Assembly: GCA_024408075.1 (NCBI GenBank)
Contig: JAKSVK010000004.1
Location: forward strand, 10,222-74,221
Direction of reading: 5' to 3'
DNA from: Bacilli bacterium
Lineage (GTDB): Bacteria; Bacillota_I; Bacilli_A; RFN20; CAG-826
Length of the DNA stretch: 64,000 nt
Shown here: in pieces, positions 28,831 to 41,379 of the stretch
Numbering within the stretch: the first letter of the stretch is position 1
Layout of the letters: each line of letters opens with the position of its first letter
Made by a program: the position numbers and the translations under genes
The notes under the pieces: generated by a model
What the model saw: only the letters and a program-made list of their open reading frames with translations
Told to the model about the DNA's origin: nothing
Databases searched by the model: none

Positions 28831-29502
28831 TTATTCCCCTTTCTCGTCTTTCTTAAGTTCTGGACGGATTTCTCCTCTACAAATCCAAACCTTAACTCCG
28901 AGACGGCCATATTGTGTAGCTGCTTCAGCAACTGCATAGTCGATATCGCTTCTTAATGTATGTAGAGGGATAACGCCTTCTTTATAGCCTTCACTACGAG
29001 CGATATCAGCACCACCTAAACGACCAGAAACCATTGTTCTACATCCTTTAGCACCTGCTTTTCTCACTTTTTGAATAGCTTTCTTTTGAACAGTTCTGAA
29101 ACTTGCTCTTTCTTCTAATTGTTTTGCAATTGTTTGAGCAACAATTCTTGCATCTAAGTCAGGATTTTTAACTTCGATGACATCAATGCGCACGTTATTA
29201 TTCTTTATTAATTTAGCAATTGCTTCTTTAACAACAAGAATGTTCTTGCCATCAGTACCGATAACAACACCAGTACGTGCGACGAATACTTTGATAACGA
29301 GTTTTGTACCTTTATCTGTTTTACGTCTTTCAATTTCAACATGAGAGAGTAAAGCTTCTTTTAAGGTTTTTTCGAGATATTTACGAATTTTAATGTCTTC
29401 ATTTAAGTAGACATGGTAGTCATGATCATCAGCATACCAACGAGAATTCCAATCCTTGTTGACACCGATACGCATACCTACTGGATTAACTTTTTGACCC
29501 AT
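28831..29502 (-). CDS. rpsC: 30S ribosomal protein S3
   Basis: 223 aa, starting [13 protein letters not shown]. Confidence 0.96.
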   Translation of the reverse strand: MGQKVNPVGMRIGVNKDWNSRWYADDHDYHVYLNEDIKIRKYLEKTLKEALLSHVEIERRKTDKGTKLVIKVFVARTGVVIGTDGKNILVVKEAIAKLIKNNNVRIDVIEVKNPDLDARIVAQTIAKQLEERASFRTVQKKAIQKVRKAGAKGCRTMVSGRLGGADIARSEGYKEGVIPLHTLRSDIDYAVAEAATQYGRLGVKVWICRGEIRPELKKDEKGE

Positions 29503-29515
29503 TGTATCTATCTCC

Positions 29516-30004
29516 TTATCTCATTTTAACTACCACAGTAATGTGGGAGTTTCTTTTAACTAAACCAGAAGCACTACCTTTAGCTCTTGGTAAGTATCTT
29601 TTAATTCTCATTCCTTCATTTGCATAGATGCTTGCAACGAATAAGCGTGATTCATCCATACCGAAGTTGTTAACAGCGTTAGCAACAGCACTACCAATTA
29701 ATTTAGCAACTGGTTCACTTGCTGCACGGTTAACATTTCTTAAGATACCTAATGCAACTTTGACATCTTTTCCTCTAACAAGGTCGATGACAAGTCTTAC
29801 TTTTCTAGGAGTAACTCTGACGTTAGTAGCAATTGCTCTAGCTTCAGTTCTCATTTCCTTTTGAGGTACTTCTTTTTTCTTAGCATCTTTAGCTGGTTTT
29901 TCAGCTTTTGGTGCTTCTTTTGCAGGCTTTTCTGCTTTTTTTGCAGGTTTTTCTGCGATAGCTTTTTTAGGAGCAGCTTTATTGACTTTCTTTTCTTCAG
30001 CCAT
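29516..30004 (-). CDS. rplV: 50S ribosomal protein L22 with a ~50-aa Lys/Ala/Glu/Pro-rich N-terminal extension
   Basis: 162 aa. The core begins near [19 protein letters not shown] and is preceded by [28 protein letters not shown]. Confidence 0.93.
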   Translation of the reverse strand: MAEEKKVNKAAPKKAIAEKPAKKAEKPAKEAPKAEKPAKDAKKKEVPQKEMRTEARAIATNVRVTPRKVRLVIDLVRGKDVKVALGILRNVNRAASEPVAKLIGSAVANAVNNFGMDESRLFVASIYANEGMRIKRYLPRAKGSASGLVKRNSHITVVVKMR

Positions 30005-30016
30005 TATTCATTCCTC

Positions 30017-30313
30017 CTAGTTATTAGCGGCAGCAGCTGCTTTATCTTCAGCAGTGTGGCCTGTATGACCGGTGTACTTTCTTGTTGGAGAAAATTCACC
30101 AAGTTTATGTCCGACCATATCATCTGTTACATAAACAGAAATATGTTCTCTTCCGTTATAAACTGCAAATGTGAGTCCAACGAAAGATGGGTAGATTGTA
30201 GATCTACGTGACCAAGTTTTGATAACTTCTTTTTTGCCAGAAGCAGCAACTGCTTCGACTTTTTTGAGTAATGATGCATCAACGAATGCACCTTTTTTCA
30301 AACTTCTTGCCAT
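30017..30313 (-). CDS. rpsS: 30S ribosomal protein S19
   Basis: 98 aa, starting [12 protein letters not shown]. Confidence 0.96.
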   Translation of the reverse strand: MARSLKKGAFVDASLLKKVEAVAASGKKEVIKTWSRRSTIYPSFVGLTFAVYNGREHISVYVTDDMVGHKLGEFSPTRKYTGHTGHTAEDKAAAAANN

Positions 30314-30326
30314 TTCCTTTTACCTC

Positions 30327-31160
30327 CTATTTGCCGTTACGTCTACGAATGATTAATTTTGTAGACTTTTTCTTATTGTTTCTGGTCTTAACACCCATTG
30401 CGCGTTTACCCCAAGGAGTTCTTGGTGCATCACGTCCAACTGGACATTTACCTTCACCACCACCATGTGGGTGATCATTAGGGTTCATCGCACTACCACG
30501 AACTGTTGGTCTTGTGCCTGCCCATCTTGTTTTACCAGCTTTACCTAAGTTAACTAAGTTCCAATCTTCATTGCCGACTGTACCAATAGTAGCACGGCAT
30601 TCTCCTAAAACTTTTCTAACTTCGCCTGACGCAAGACGGAGCATAACGTATTTTCCTTCAGAACCAAGGACTTGTGCTGCAGCACCAGCTGCTCTGCACA
30701 TTTGTCCACCTTTTCCAGGAACGAGTTCTACGTTATGAATGAATGTACCTTCTGGAATATTCTTAAGTGCTAATGCATTACCAACAAGAATATCAGCGGT
30801 TTCTCCAGATATGATTTTATCCCCTACTTTGAGATCCTTTGGTGCGAGAATGTATCTTTTTTCTCCATCAGCGTAACTTACTAAACAGATGTTTGCGTTA
30901 CGGTTTGGATCATACTCAACAGTTTTTACAACAGCAGGGATATTGTCCTTATTACGTTTGAAGTCAATCACACGATATTTTCTCTTGTGACCTCCACCAA
31001 TGTGACGGCAGGTGATAATACCTTGGTTATTTCTTCCGCCAGTTTTTGGTAAAGAGACTAATAAACTTTTTTCAGGAGTGCTTGTTGTAATTTCTTCGAA
31101 TGTCGAGTTTGTCATGTTTCGTCTACTTGCAGAAGTAGGACGATAAGTTCTAATTGACAT
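30327..31160 (-). CDS. rplB: 50S ribosomal protein L2
   Basis: 277 aa, with [12 protein letters not shown]. Confidence 0.97.
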   Translation of the reverse strand: MSIRTYRPTSASRRNMTNSTFEEITTSTPEKSLLVSLPKTGGRNNQGIITCRHIGGGHKRKYRVIDFKRNKDNIPAVVKTVEYDPNRNANICLVSYADGEKRYILAPKDLKVGDKIISGETADILVGNALALKNIPEGTFIHNVELVPGKGGQMCRAAGAAAQVLGSEGKYVMLRLASGEVRKVLGECRATIGTVGNEDWNLVNLGKAGKTRWAGTRPTVRGSAMNPNDHPHGGGEGKCPVGRDAPRTPWGKRAMGVKTRNNKKKSTKLIIRRRNGK

Positions 31161-31196
31161 TACTTTGTCCTCCTATAATTTGGAATAATGAACTAA

Positions 31197-31541
31197 TTAT
31201 TCCTTGAATAAGTCAATTGCTTCACCTTCAGCGATGGTAACAATTGCTTTCTTATAACCTTGGATAGCTCCGTGGTAACGGGTTCCTCTGGTTGTGAGTT
31301 TTGGTTTGACATTTAAGATTCTTACATCAACAACTTTAACTTGGAAAATTCTTTCGAAGGCAAGTTTGACTTCAGCCTTATTAGTGTCATCAATAACTCT
31401 TAATGTGACCTTGTTATTACCTTGCATTTGAGCCATGGACTTTTCAGTGATGACTGGTTTCTTGATAATTGCAAAGTCTCTTTCTGTTGGTTTTTGGAAG
31501 CCAGTCTTAACTGGAGCTTCAGTTTTCTTTGCTGTTGCCAT
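31197..31541 (-). CDS. rplW: 50S ribosomal protein L23 (about 20 aa of extra N-terminus)
   Basis: 114 aa. The core starts near FAIIKKPVITEKS. Confidence 0.93.
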   Translation of the reverse strand: MATAKKTEAPVKTGFQKPTERDFAIIKKPVITEKSMAQMQGNNKVTLRVIDDTNKAEVKLAFERIFQVKVVDVRILNVKPKLTTRGTRYHGAIQGYKKAIVTIAEGEAIDLFKE

Positions 31542-31543
31542 AA

Positions 31544-32182
31544 TTATTTCAAAGCCTCCTCAACATCTTTAACTGCTGCTTTACTCATAACGAGCTTATC
31601 AGCATTTAATAAATCGTAGACAGATACGTTATCGCTTGTAACTACTCTTGCGTAACATACATTGCGTACGGTGCGAGCTAATTCTTCATCTAACTCGCTA
31701 ACAACAACGAGAACTTTAGTATCGACTTTAAGAGCTTCGAGCATCTTAACGAATTCTTTAGTCTTCATTGTAGTAAACTTGATTTCATCAACGACCACGA
31801 GGTCCTTAGGTGTCTTAAGAGAAAGTGCACTTCTTAAGGCTAATTGATGTTCTTTCTTGTTTTGGGAAAGAGTGAAGTTTTGTGTTCCTACTGGAGCAAA
31901 TACTGTTCCACCACCAACCCAGATAGGTGAACGGCTACTACCTGCACGGGCACGGCCTGTTCCTTTTTGTCTCCAAGGTTTTTTACCACCACCGGAAACT
32001 TCGTGTCTAACTTTTGTCTTAGCAGTTGCTTGACGTGAGTTAGCTTGTTCGACTTGGACGGCATTGAACATTGCTTGTTTGTGTTCTTCACATCCGAAGA
32101 CATGACCACTTAAGCTGATTGAGCCGACTTCAGCGCCAGCCATATTAACAACTTTAACGCTGACTGATTTCTTTTCTGCCAT
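31544..32182 (-). CDS. rplD: 50S ribosomal protein L4
   Basis: The start is probably the ATG at 32182 (MAEKKSVSV), 10 nt after an AGGAG. The ATG at 32188 is an alternative. The track ORF extends into rplC. Confidence 0.93.
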   Translation of the reverse strand: MAEKKSVSVKVVNMAGAEVGSISLSGHVFGCEEHKQAMFNAVQVEQANSRQATAKTKVRHEVSGGGKKPWRQKGTGRARAGSSRSPIWVGGGTVFAPVGTQNFTLSQNKKEHQLALRSALSLKTPKDLVVVDEIKFTTMKTKEFVKMLEALKVDTKVLVVVSELDEELARTVRNVCYARVVTSDNVSVYDLLNADKLVMSKAAVKDVEEALK

Positions 32183-32205
32183 AATCATTGTTCTCCTTTC
32201 GTCCA

Positions 32206-32949
32206 TTATTCAGCCTTAGTTTCAACAGCTGCTTCTACTGGAGCTTCTTTAACTTCCTCAGCCTTTGGAGCTTCTTGAGCTACTCTTGAAATAAGATTTT
32301 TAACTTCTTGAGTTTTTGCTACATTCTTAATAGCGGAACGGATTGTAACAATGCTTCTCTTTGAGCCTGGTAATCCACCTCTAACTAAGATGTAACCTTT
32401 TTCTGCATCAACCTTAACAATTAATAAGTTAAGTAATGTAGCGGACTTGTTACCATGATGTCCGGACATGTGTTTTCCTGGCATAACGCCGTGATTGTAA
32501 CGACCGTTATTAGCGAAGGAACCTTGTCCTCTATGATAACCTGAACCGTGTCCTTTAGGTCCAATAGTCATGTGCCATCTCTTAATGGTACCTGTATAAC
32601 CGTGACCTTTACTGGTTCCGATGACATCAACGACGTCACCTGCTTTGAACATATCAGCTTTAATGACATCACCTAACTGGTAGCTAGCCATTTCATCGCC
32701 TCTAAGTTCAGCGCTAATGTAATGTGGAACTGTTTTTGCTTTCTTAGCAATTCCTTTTTCTGCCTTGTTAGCACGTGATTCTTTTTTATCTTCGTAGCCA
32801 ACTTGGACTGCAACATAACCGTCTTTCTCAACTGTTTTAACTTGAGTGACGACATTTGGTAAGACTTCAACAACAGTTACTGGGTATAATGTACCATCTT
32901 CAGCGAAGACGGATGTCATGCCCATTTTTCTACCTAAAATAGCTTTCAT
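32206..32949 (-). CDS. rplC: 50S ribosomal protein L3 with a ~35-aa acidic/Ala-rich C-terminal extension
   Basis: 247 aa. The tail is [26 protein letters not shown]. Confidence 0.94.
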   Translation of the reverse strand: MKAILGRKMGMTSVFAEDGTLYPVTVVEVLPNVVTQVKTVEKDGYVAVQVGYEDKKESRANKAEKGIAKKAKTVPHYISAELRGDEMASYQLGDVIKADMFKAGDVVDVIGTSKGHGYTGTIKRWHMTIGPKGHGSGYHRGQGSFANNGRYNHGVMPGKHMSGHHGNKSATLLNLLIVKVDAEKGYILVRGGLPGSKRSIVTIRSAIKNVAKTQEVKNLISRVAQEAPKAEEVKEAPVEAAVETKAE

Positions 32950-32963
32950 CTTGTCTTACCTCC

Positions 32964-33275
32964 TTATAACTTAATTTCGATATCCACTCCTGATGGAAGA
33001 TCGAGGTTCTTAAGAGCATCGAATGTTTCCTTCTTTGGATTTGAGATGTCGATAATACGTTTGTGTGTTCTGATTTCGAATTGTTCACGAGAATCTTTAT
33101 ATTTGTGAACAGCTCTTAGAATAGTGAACACTTGTTTTTCCGTTGGTAATGGGATAGGGCCAACAACGGATGCCCCTGAGTTCTTAGCCACTTGGACAAT
33201 TCGTTCAGCGCTTTGGTCAAGGTTAACATGATCATAAGCTTTAAGGCGAACTCTTATCTTTGTAGTTTTTGCCAT
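32964..33275 (-). CDS. rpsJ: 30S ribosomal protein S10
   Basis: The start is the ATG at 33273-33275 ([16 protein letters not shown]) with an AGGAGGAA Shine-Dalgarno sequence. The 24-codon upstream in-frame extension lies in the leader. Confidence 0.95.
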   Translation of the reverse strand: MAKTTKIRVRLKAYDHVNLDQSAERIVQVAKNSGASVVGPIPLPTEKQVFTILRAVHKYKDSREQFEIRTHKRIIDISNPKKETFDALKNLDLPSGVDIEIKL

Positions 33276-33436
33276 GAAATTTCCTCCTATATCACTTTCA
33301 GGCTTGGCTTTGACTTTCTCCACACGAATTCCCGGAATCACCTTCATGACAACGAATGTGAGTGTGTCCGCAACCTCGCGTGTCAGCGAAAGACGCCAAC
33401 GTTCAAAGGATACTCTTATACGTATGTGTGTGTCAA
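33276..33436 (-). promoter_or_regulatory. Candidate S10-operon promoter (TTGACA at 33431-33436) and a GC-enriched, probably structured 5' leader
   Basis: 33301-33420 is ~49% GC (59 of 120 nt counted) inside intergenic DNA that is otherwise about 17% GC. Possible long-range pairings are CUUUC/GAAAG plus ACACG/CGUGU on the reverse strand. Confidence 0.3.
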
Positions 33437-33536
33437 TAATAAAAGATAAAAAATATAAAAAGATTAAAAAACGATTAAAAATTATGGGTAAAAATTTTTA
33501 CGATTTTAATGATTTTTTTGTGAATAATTAGTATTT

Positions 33537-34184
33537 TTATAGGTCAATTTTTGCGTTTTTAGGCTTATTTTTATAGGCCTCAAATGAGTATTTACAACCG
33601 CAATATTCTTGCAAATACATTTTGTGTTCTTTGATGATCAAAAGTGACTTTTCATAGCCATTATTTTTCTTAAAATCAGCATATAACCATTTAATTGTAG
33701 GATATTTCTTTTGTAATTCTTCACCAATTTGGTTTATATCTTGGGCATTTTTATATCTTGAGATCGTCATGACCGTTCCATAGTAGTCAAATCCGTGTTT
33801 TGAAGCATATTCGAAGCCTTCAGAAAGACGTTTTTTGAAGCAAATTCTGCATCTTTCATGACCTTCTTTATCATTCGCTCTTGGTTCAAGATCAATATTA
33901 TATAAATCATTATTATATTCAGTAGTAATTAAAGGAACATTTGGGCAAACTTCACTCATATATTTTTTAAGCTCATCTAATCGTCTATCATGCTCATTTT
34001 TTGGATAAATATTTGAGTTATTAAAAAACAAAGTTAAATCAAAATATTCTTTAATAATTTCATAAGGAATTGTAAAGCATGGACCGCAGCAAACATGCAA
34101 TAATAATTTAGGTTTTTTCTGGGAATTTTTTAGAAAATCTAATTCAAATTCCAGTTTTTTCTCGTAATTTATATTATTTTTCAT
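33537..34184 (-). CDS. queH: Epoxyqueuosine reductase QueH (DUF208)
   Basis: Contains HVCCGPC and ERCRICF Cys motifs. I place the start at the ATG at 34184 ([10 protein letters not shown]), overlapping the queA end by 11 nt. Confidence 0.85.
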   Translation of the reverse strand: MKNNINYEKKLEFELDFLKNSQKKPKLLLHVCCGPCFTIPYEIIKEYFDLTLFFNNSNIYPKNEHDRRLDELKKYMSEVCPNVPLITTEYNNDLYNIDLEPRANDKEGHERCRICFKKRLSEGFEYASKHGFDYYGTVMTISRYKNAQDINQIGEELQKKYPTIKWLYADFKKNNGYEKSLLIIKEHKMYLQEYCGCKYSFEAYKNKPKNAKIDL

Positions 34185-35204
34185 AAATAAACATTGAGTC
34201 GCCAAAAGAAAAGAATCTGTACTTATTTTCAACTGCGTGTTTGTATACTTCCAAAGTGAATTCTCTACCCATAAAAGCACTGACCAACATTATCAGTGTA
34301 GATTTAGGTAAATGGAAGTTAGTAATCAAGGCATCAATTGCTAAAAATTTATAACCAGGCTCAATGAAGATTTTTGTTTCCTTTTTAGTAGGGGTAAATA
34401 CTCCGAATTCTTGTAAATTTGCTTCCAAAGTTCTAACCGAAGTAGTACCAATTGCAATAATTCTCCTTCCTTCACTCTTAGCTTTGTTTAATTTTGCAGC
34501 AGATTCCTCATTAATTTCATATAATTCACTATGCATTACATGATCTTTTGTATCTTCTACCTTAACCGGTCTAAAAGTTCCTAATCCAATATGTAGTGTA
34601 ATATCAACAACTTCAACTCCTTTTGCTTTAATTTGTTCAAATAATTCTTCTGTAAAATGAAATCCAGCAGTTGGTGCAGCTGCACTTCCTGCAAATTTTG
34701 CATACACAGTTTGATATCTATCATTCTCACAAAGTTGTTTTTTAATATATGGAGGAAGAGGCATTTTGCCTAAACTGTCCAACACTTCAAGGAAAATACC
34801 TTTGTAAGAAAATTTTATTTCTCTAATTCCTTCATCTTTGATTCCAACAACTTCTCCGATAAGTTTTCCTTCACCAATATCAACCTTAGATCCAAGTTTT
34901 AATGATTTTGCAGGCTTAGTTAAACACTCCCAAACATCACCATTAAGTTGTTTTAAAAGTAAAAGTTCGCAATGAGCGCCAGTTACTTCTTTAATACCAT
35001 GAAGTCTAGCTGGAATAACTTTTGTATTGTTTCTAACTAAAACATCACCAGGTTTTAAGTAATCTATAATGTCTTTGAAGATTTTATCTTCATAAGTTTG
35101 ATTTTTCTTATTTATAGCTAAAAGTCTAGAACAATCCCTTTTATCTGATGGCTTTTGAGCAATTAACTCTTCAGGCAAATTAAAATCAAATAAATTAATA
35201 TTCA

Positions 35205-35205
<1 letters not shown>
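34174..35205 (-). CDS. queA: S-adenosylmethionine:tRNA ribosyltransferase-isomerase
   Basis: 343 aa, starting [19 protein letters not shown], with the GTTSVRTLE motif. Confidence 0.93.
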
Positions 35206-37228
<2,023 letters not shown>

Positions 37229-37230
37229 AA

Positions 37231-37812
37231 TTATTTGTAATGTTTGCATGTAGTTAGAACAATTTGTTTATTTGTTGCATAACTATCTTTAATTCTTGAA
37301 ATATCATAGGAAATCCCCAGTTTTTTTAAATAATTTCCCAATTCATTAGTGTTAAAATATAATCGAATATACTTCTCAGTTAAGTCTTCTTTATGATCAT
37401 ATTTTTTGTAAAATGGATAGGTATAAAAAACCTTGCCTTTTACAATAATAAAATTCTCAGGAAGATAGTCCAAAGTAAGAGCACTTCTCCTTGCCATGTA
37501 TTGATTTAAAAATAGACTCTCAAATAAGTCATCAGTCATATCAGATTTTCCCAAATAAGAAGCAAGATTTTCACCTTCTAAATATTGAGTTAACATAAGT
37601 CCTCTTTTTTTGTCAATTTTAACAATCTTAGGAAAATTAATACCAGATGTTGATAGTCTTTTTGCACAATAAATTTGCATATTTCCTCCATTACGGAGTT
37701 CTAACAACTTTCTTAAGAAAAACTTTTTGTTCTTTCTTTCTAAAATTGAGCATGTGTCAGATATAATCTGAGCAACCTGATATTCTTTATGTCCTACTTT
37801 AATGTTTTCCAT
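37231..37812 (-). CDS. Hypothetical protein, possibly a minimal protein-kinase-like fold
   Basis: 193 aa and the first gene of the prs-tgt-queA-queH operon. It has a weak kinase-like pattern: FFLRK (beta3 Lys?), LTQYLEGENL (hinge-like), and LDYLPENFII (D-x-x-P-x-N catalytic-loop-like). No DFG-type Asp is visible. Confidence 0.3.
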   Translation of the reverse strand: MENIKVGHKEYQVAQIISDTCSILERKNKKFFLRKLLELRNGGNMQIYCAKRLSTSGINFPKIVKIDKKRGLMLTQYLEGENLASYLGKSDMTDDLFESLFLNQYMARRSALTLDYLPENFIIVKGKVFYTYPFYKKYDHKEDLTEKYIRLYFNTNELGNYLKKLGISYDISRIKDSYATNKQIVLTTCKHYK

Positions 37813-37998
37813 GGCTATTATTATACATTATTTAATAAATTAAATATATAAATACTTTTTTGCATCTAATATTTCATTATAAAAAATTGTTAATAGTAGG
37901 TTATTTTATAAGCAATTTTATTTCGAAAAATATAAAATGATATTTTCTAGTAAATCGTATATACTATTTACAGAAACTCGTAATTAAAGGAGAAAATT

Positions 37999-39192
37999 AT
38001 GACTGCATTAGAACACTTTTTAAAATATGTAAGAATAAATACTCAATCGGATGACAGTACAGGTAAGACCCCTAGTACTGAATGCCAAAAAGTCCTTGGA
38101 GAACTTCTTGTTAATGAATTGAAATCATTAGGTTTAGAAGATGCTCACATGGATGAATGGGGTAATGTTTACGGACATTTAATTGGCAAAGGAAGCAAAA
38201 TAGGATTAAACGCTCACATGGATACTGCTAGCGAAGTAACCGGAGAAAACGTTAAACCTCACTTAGTCAAAAATTATGAAGGCGGAAGAATCCACTATGC
38301 AAACGGATTAGAAATGTCTCCAGTAGATTTCCCAAATCTTTCTAAACATAAAGGTCATGATTTAATAATTACAGATGGAAATACACTATTAGGTGCCGAC
38401 GATAAAGCTGGTATCGCCATTATTATGGGTGCGCTTGAATATTTACACTCACATCCACACGTTAAACATAATACAGTTTGTGTTGCTTTCACTGTTGATG
38501 AAGAAATTGGTGAAGGTGCGGCTCACTTTAACTATAAAGAAATGGGAGCTAAATATGCTTACACACTAGATGGAAGCGCAATTAATGTTATCGAACACGA
38601 AAACTTCAATGCTTATGCTGCTGATATTACCGTTAAAGGAGTATCAATTCATCCAGGCGAAGGAAAAGGAAAACTCATTAATGCTTGTTTAGTAATGAAC
38701 GATTTTATTTCTTTACTTCCACAAAACGAAACACCATTCCATACAGAAGATAAAGAAGGTTTCTATCACATCACATCTTTAGATGGATCTAGTGAATTAA
38801 TGAATTGTCATATTATTATCCGTGACTTCTCTTCTAAAGGCATGGAAAAGAGAATTGCAAAGCTTAAAGATCTTATTTCCAAGATACAAAAGAAGTATCC
38901 TACTGCAAAAATTGAAATTAACTTTAAGAAACAATATGAAAATATGCGCAAATATGTTGATAGAAAGCCTATCGCTCTTAAAAGAGTACGTGCTGTATAT
39001 CGTAAATGCGGTGTTGAACCAATTTCAGGTGCAATTAGAGGTGGAACTGATGGAGCAACATTTACTAAAAATGGCTTAGTCACTCCAAATCTTGGTACCG
39101 GAAGCTACAATCACCATGGAAGATTTGAATATCTTGATGTTCAAGAAATGGAAAAAATGGTTGAGATTGTTACAGCTATCGTTAAGAAATAA
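37999..39192 (+). CDS. pepT: Peptidase T (tripeptide aminopeptidase, M20B)
   Basis: 397 aa with HMDTA, GADDKAGIA and VDEEIGEGA metal-ligand motifs and an AAAGGAG Shine-Dalgarno sequence. Confidence 0.9.
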   Translation: MTALEHFLKYVRINTQSDDSTGKTPSTECQKVLGELLVNELKSLGLEDAHMDEWGNVYGHLIGKGSKIGLNAHMDTASEVTGENVKPHLVKNYEGGRIHYANGLEMSPVDFPNLSKHKGHDLIITDGNTLLGADDKAGIAIIMGALEYLHSHPHVKHNTVCVAFTVDEEIGEGAAHFNYKEMGAKYAYTLDGSAINVIEHENFNAYAADITVKGVSIHPGEGKGKLINACLVMNDFISLLPQNETPFHTEDKEGFYHITSLDGSSELMNCHIIIRDFSSKGMEKRIAKLKDLISKIQKKYPTAKIEINFKKQYENMRKYVDRKPIALKRVRAVYRKCGVEPISGAIRGGTDGATFTKNGLVTPNLGTGSYNHHGRFEYLDVQEMEKMVEIVTAIVKK

Positions 39193-39203
39193 TGAGGCCA
39201 ACT

Positions 39204-39671
39204 ATGAAGAGTAATATTACTTGGGACGAATATTTTATGGGCATTGCCCAACTTTCTGCATTACGTAGTAAAGATCCTAATACAAAAGTAGGAGCATGTA
39301 TTACAAATAAAGAAAAGAAAGTTGTTTCTATTGGTTATAATGGAATGCCAAGAAATATTTGTGATGAAGATTTATCTTGGAACAAAAATGAAGGTTTAGA
39401 TAACAAATATTTATATGTTTGCCACGCTGAACTTAATGCTATTTTAAATGCTAATGGCAAGAATCTTAATGACTGTACTTGTTACGTAACTTTATTCCCA
39501 TGCAACGAATGTGCAAAAGCATTAATTCAAGTTGGAATTAAAGAAGTTGTCTATTTAGACAATAAATACGCAGATACAATCACAACACAAGCAAGTACAA
39601 AAATGCTTACACTTGCCGGAGTTAAGATTAGAAAATTTGATGGCAAACTATTATCAATTGAGGTCAAATAA
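39204..39671 (+). CDS. comEB: dCMP deaminase (ComEB-type)
   Basis: Contains HAELNAI and PCNECAK zinc motifs. The start is the ATG at 39204, 6 nt after a GAGG. The ATG at 39192 is an alternative. Confidence 0.85.
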   Translation: MKSNITWDEYFMGIAQLSALRSKDPNTKVGACITNKEKKVVSIGYNGMPRNICDEDLSWNKNEGLDNKYLYVCHAELNAILNANGKNLNDCTCYVTLFPCNECAKALIQVGIKEVVYLDNKYADTITTQASTKMLTLAGVKIRKFDGKLLSIEVK

Positions 39672-40462
39672 TGATAATTAAAGAATATGTAGCAAAACGT
39701 AAAAAAGAAATTCAAAAAGAAATAAAAAAACTTAAAAGGGTTCCTAATTTTGTTATTGTTCAAGTTAATGAAGACGTCGGAAGCAATGCTTACGTTAAAG
39801 GAAAACTTAAAGATGCTGAAGAATTAGGGGTTAAAGCAAGACTAATCAAAATGCCTTTAACAACTTCTCAAACTGATCTTCTTAAAGTTGTGAGCGATTT
39901 AAACGTTAACCCAGAAGTTGATGGATTTATTGTTCAAATGCCTTTACCTAAAGGTATTAATGAAGAAGATGTTAAAATAGCAATCAATCCAAATAAAGAT
40001 GTTGATGGATTTCATCCACTCAGTAAATTAAATCCTTGTACTCCACAAGGAATCATTAACTATTTACATCATGAAAAAATAACATTACAAAGTAAAAATG
40101 CAGTTGTCATTGGACGAAGCAATATTGTTGGCAAACCAATGGCTAGAATGTTGCTTAAAGAAAATTGTAATGTCACTGTTTTACACAGTAAAACAAGCAA
40201 AGAAGATATGTTTAATTACGTTAAAAATGCAGACATTATTGTCATCGCTATTGGTAAACAACATTTCTTAGACAATACATTTGAATATAAAAAGAGCGCA
40301 ATAATTATCGATGTTGGCATTTCCAGAGATGAAAATGGCCTACATGGTGATGCTCTAGAAAATCTTCCAGTTGCTCTTAAAACACCAGTTCCTGGTGGAG
40401 TTGGATTATTAACTAGACTTGCTCTATACGAAAATCTTTTGACTATTTGTAAAAATAAATGA
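39671..40462 (+). CDS. folD: Bifunctional methylenetetrahydrofolate dehydrogenase/methenyl-THF cyclohydrolase
   Basis: 263 aa with YVKGKLK, VIGRSNIVGKP and PGGVGLLT. Confidence 0.92.
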   Translation: MIIKEYVAKRKKEIQKEIKKLKRVPNFVIVQVNEDVGSNAYVKGKLKDAEELGVKARLIKMPLTTSQTDLLKVVSDLNVNPEVDGFIVQMPLPKGINEEDVKIAINPNKDVDGFHPLSKLNPCTPQGIINYLHHEKITLQSKNAVVIGRSNIVGKPMARMLLKENCNVTVLHSKTSKEDMFNYVKNADIIVIAIGKQHFLDNTFEYKKSAIIIDVGISRDENGLHGDALENLPVALKTPVPGGVGLLTRLALYENLLTICKNK

Positions 40463-41379
40463 AGAAAATAAATTTGTTAATTGACTGTGATCCTGGGCAT
40501 GATGATGCCATTATGCTTTTAATTGCGTGTCACTCAGATTTATTTAATATTATCGGAATTTCTTCTTGCTCAGGAAATCAAACAATTGAGAAGACTTCAA
40601 CGAACATCAATAACTTAGTTCATCTTTTTAATCGTACAGATATTCCTCTTGCAAAAGGTCATCTAACACCAATGTATAGAGAAACTCGAATTTGCCCAGA
40701 AATTCACGGCGAATCCGGCCTCGATGGATATAATTTCCCACTTTTTGATACATATTTTGATGAAAAAGAAGCATGTGATTTTATCATTGAAAAACTTTTA
40801 AACAATGACGATGTTGTCGTTCTAACAAGTGGTGCAATGACTAACTTAGGATTAGCGATTCAAAAGAATAAAACAATAGTAAACCACATAAAGAAAATTG
40901 TATTAATGGGTGGAAGTACAGGTGAAGGAAATATAACAAAAGCAGCAGAGTTCAATATCCTTGTTGACCCTGAAGCTGCTGATATTTGTTTTAAATGTGG
41001 AGCCCCACTTCAAATGTTGGGTTTAAATGTAACTAGAAAAATTCTTGTAACAGATGAAGTAGTTGCTAGAGCTGAAACAATAAAAACAAAGGGCAGTGAT
41101 TTATTTGTAAAACTAATGAAAGTTTTCAACGAAAACCAAAGAAATTTCTTCCATCTAAGTGCTGCACCTTTACATGATCCAGCCACAATAATTTCATTAA
41201 TTGATGATGAAGTATTCAAATTTGAAAATATGAATGTTGAGATAGATATTTCACATACAGATCAAGCCGGAAAAACTATTTGCAAGAAAACTGGAAAACT
41301 TAATACACTTGTTGCCACTGAAGTTAACATTGATAAATATTGGAATGTTGTAATGACATATTTGGAGAGATGCAGATGA
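40459..41379 (+). CDS. Nucleoside hydrolase (IUNH family)
   Basis: 306 aa with the N-terminal DCDPGHDDA aspartate cluster. It has an ATGA overlap with folD. Confidence 0.85.
   Translation: MKKINLLIDCDPGHDDAIMLLIACHSDLFNIIGISSCSGNQTIEKTSTNINNLVHLFNRTDIPLAKGHLTPMYRETRICPEIHGESGLDGYNFPLFDTYFDEKEACDFIIEKLLNNDDVVVLTSGAMTNLGLAIQKNKTIVNHIKKIVLMGGSTGEGNITKAAEFNILVDPEAADICFKCGAPLQMLGLNVTRKILVTDEVVARAETIKTKGSDLFVKLMKVFNENQRNFFHLSAAPLHDPATIISLIDDEVFKFENMNVEIDISHTDQAGKTICKKTGKLNTLVATEVNIDKYWNVVMTYLERCR

Noticed and set aside
37813-37998. preQ1 riboswitch upstream of the tgt/queA/queH operon
   Set aside because: The reverse strand of the region is almost pure A/T with no compact hairpin plus A-rich tail resembling preQ1-I/II. 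Nothing there can be supported.
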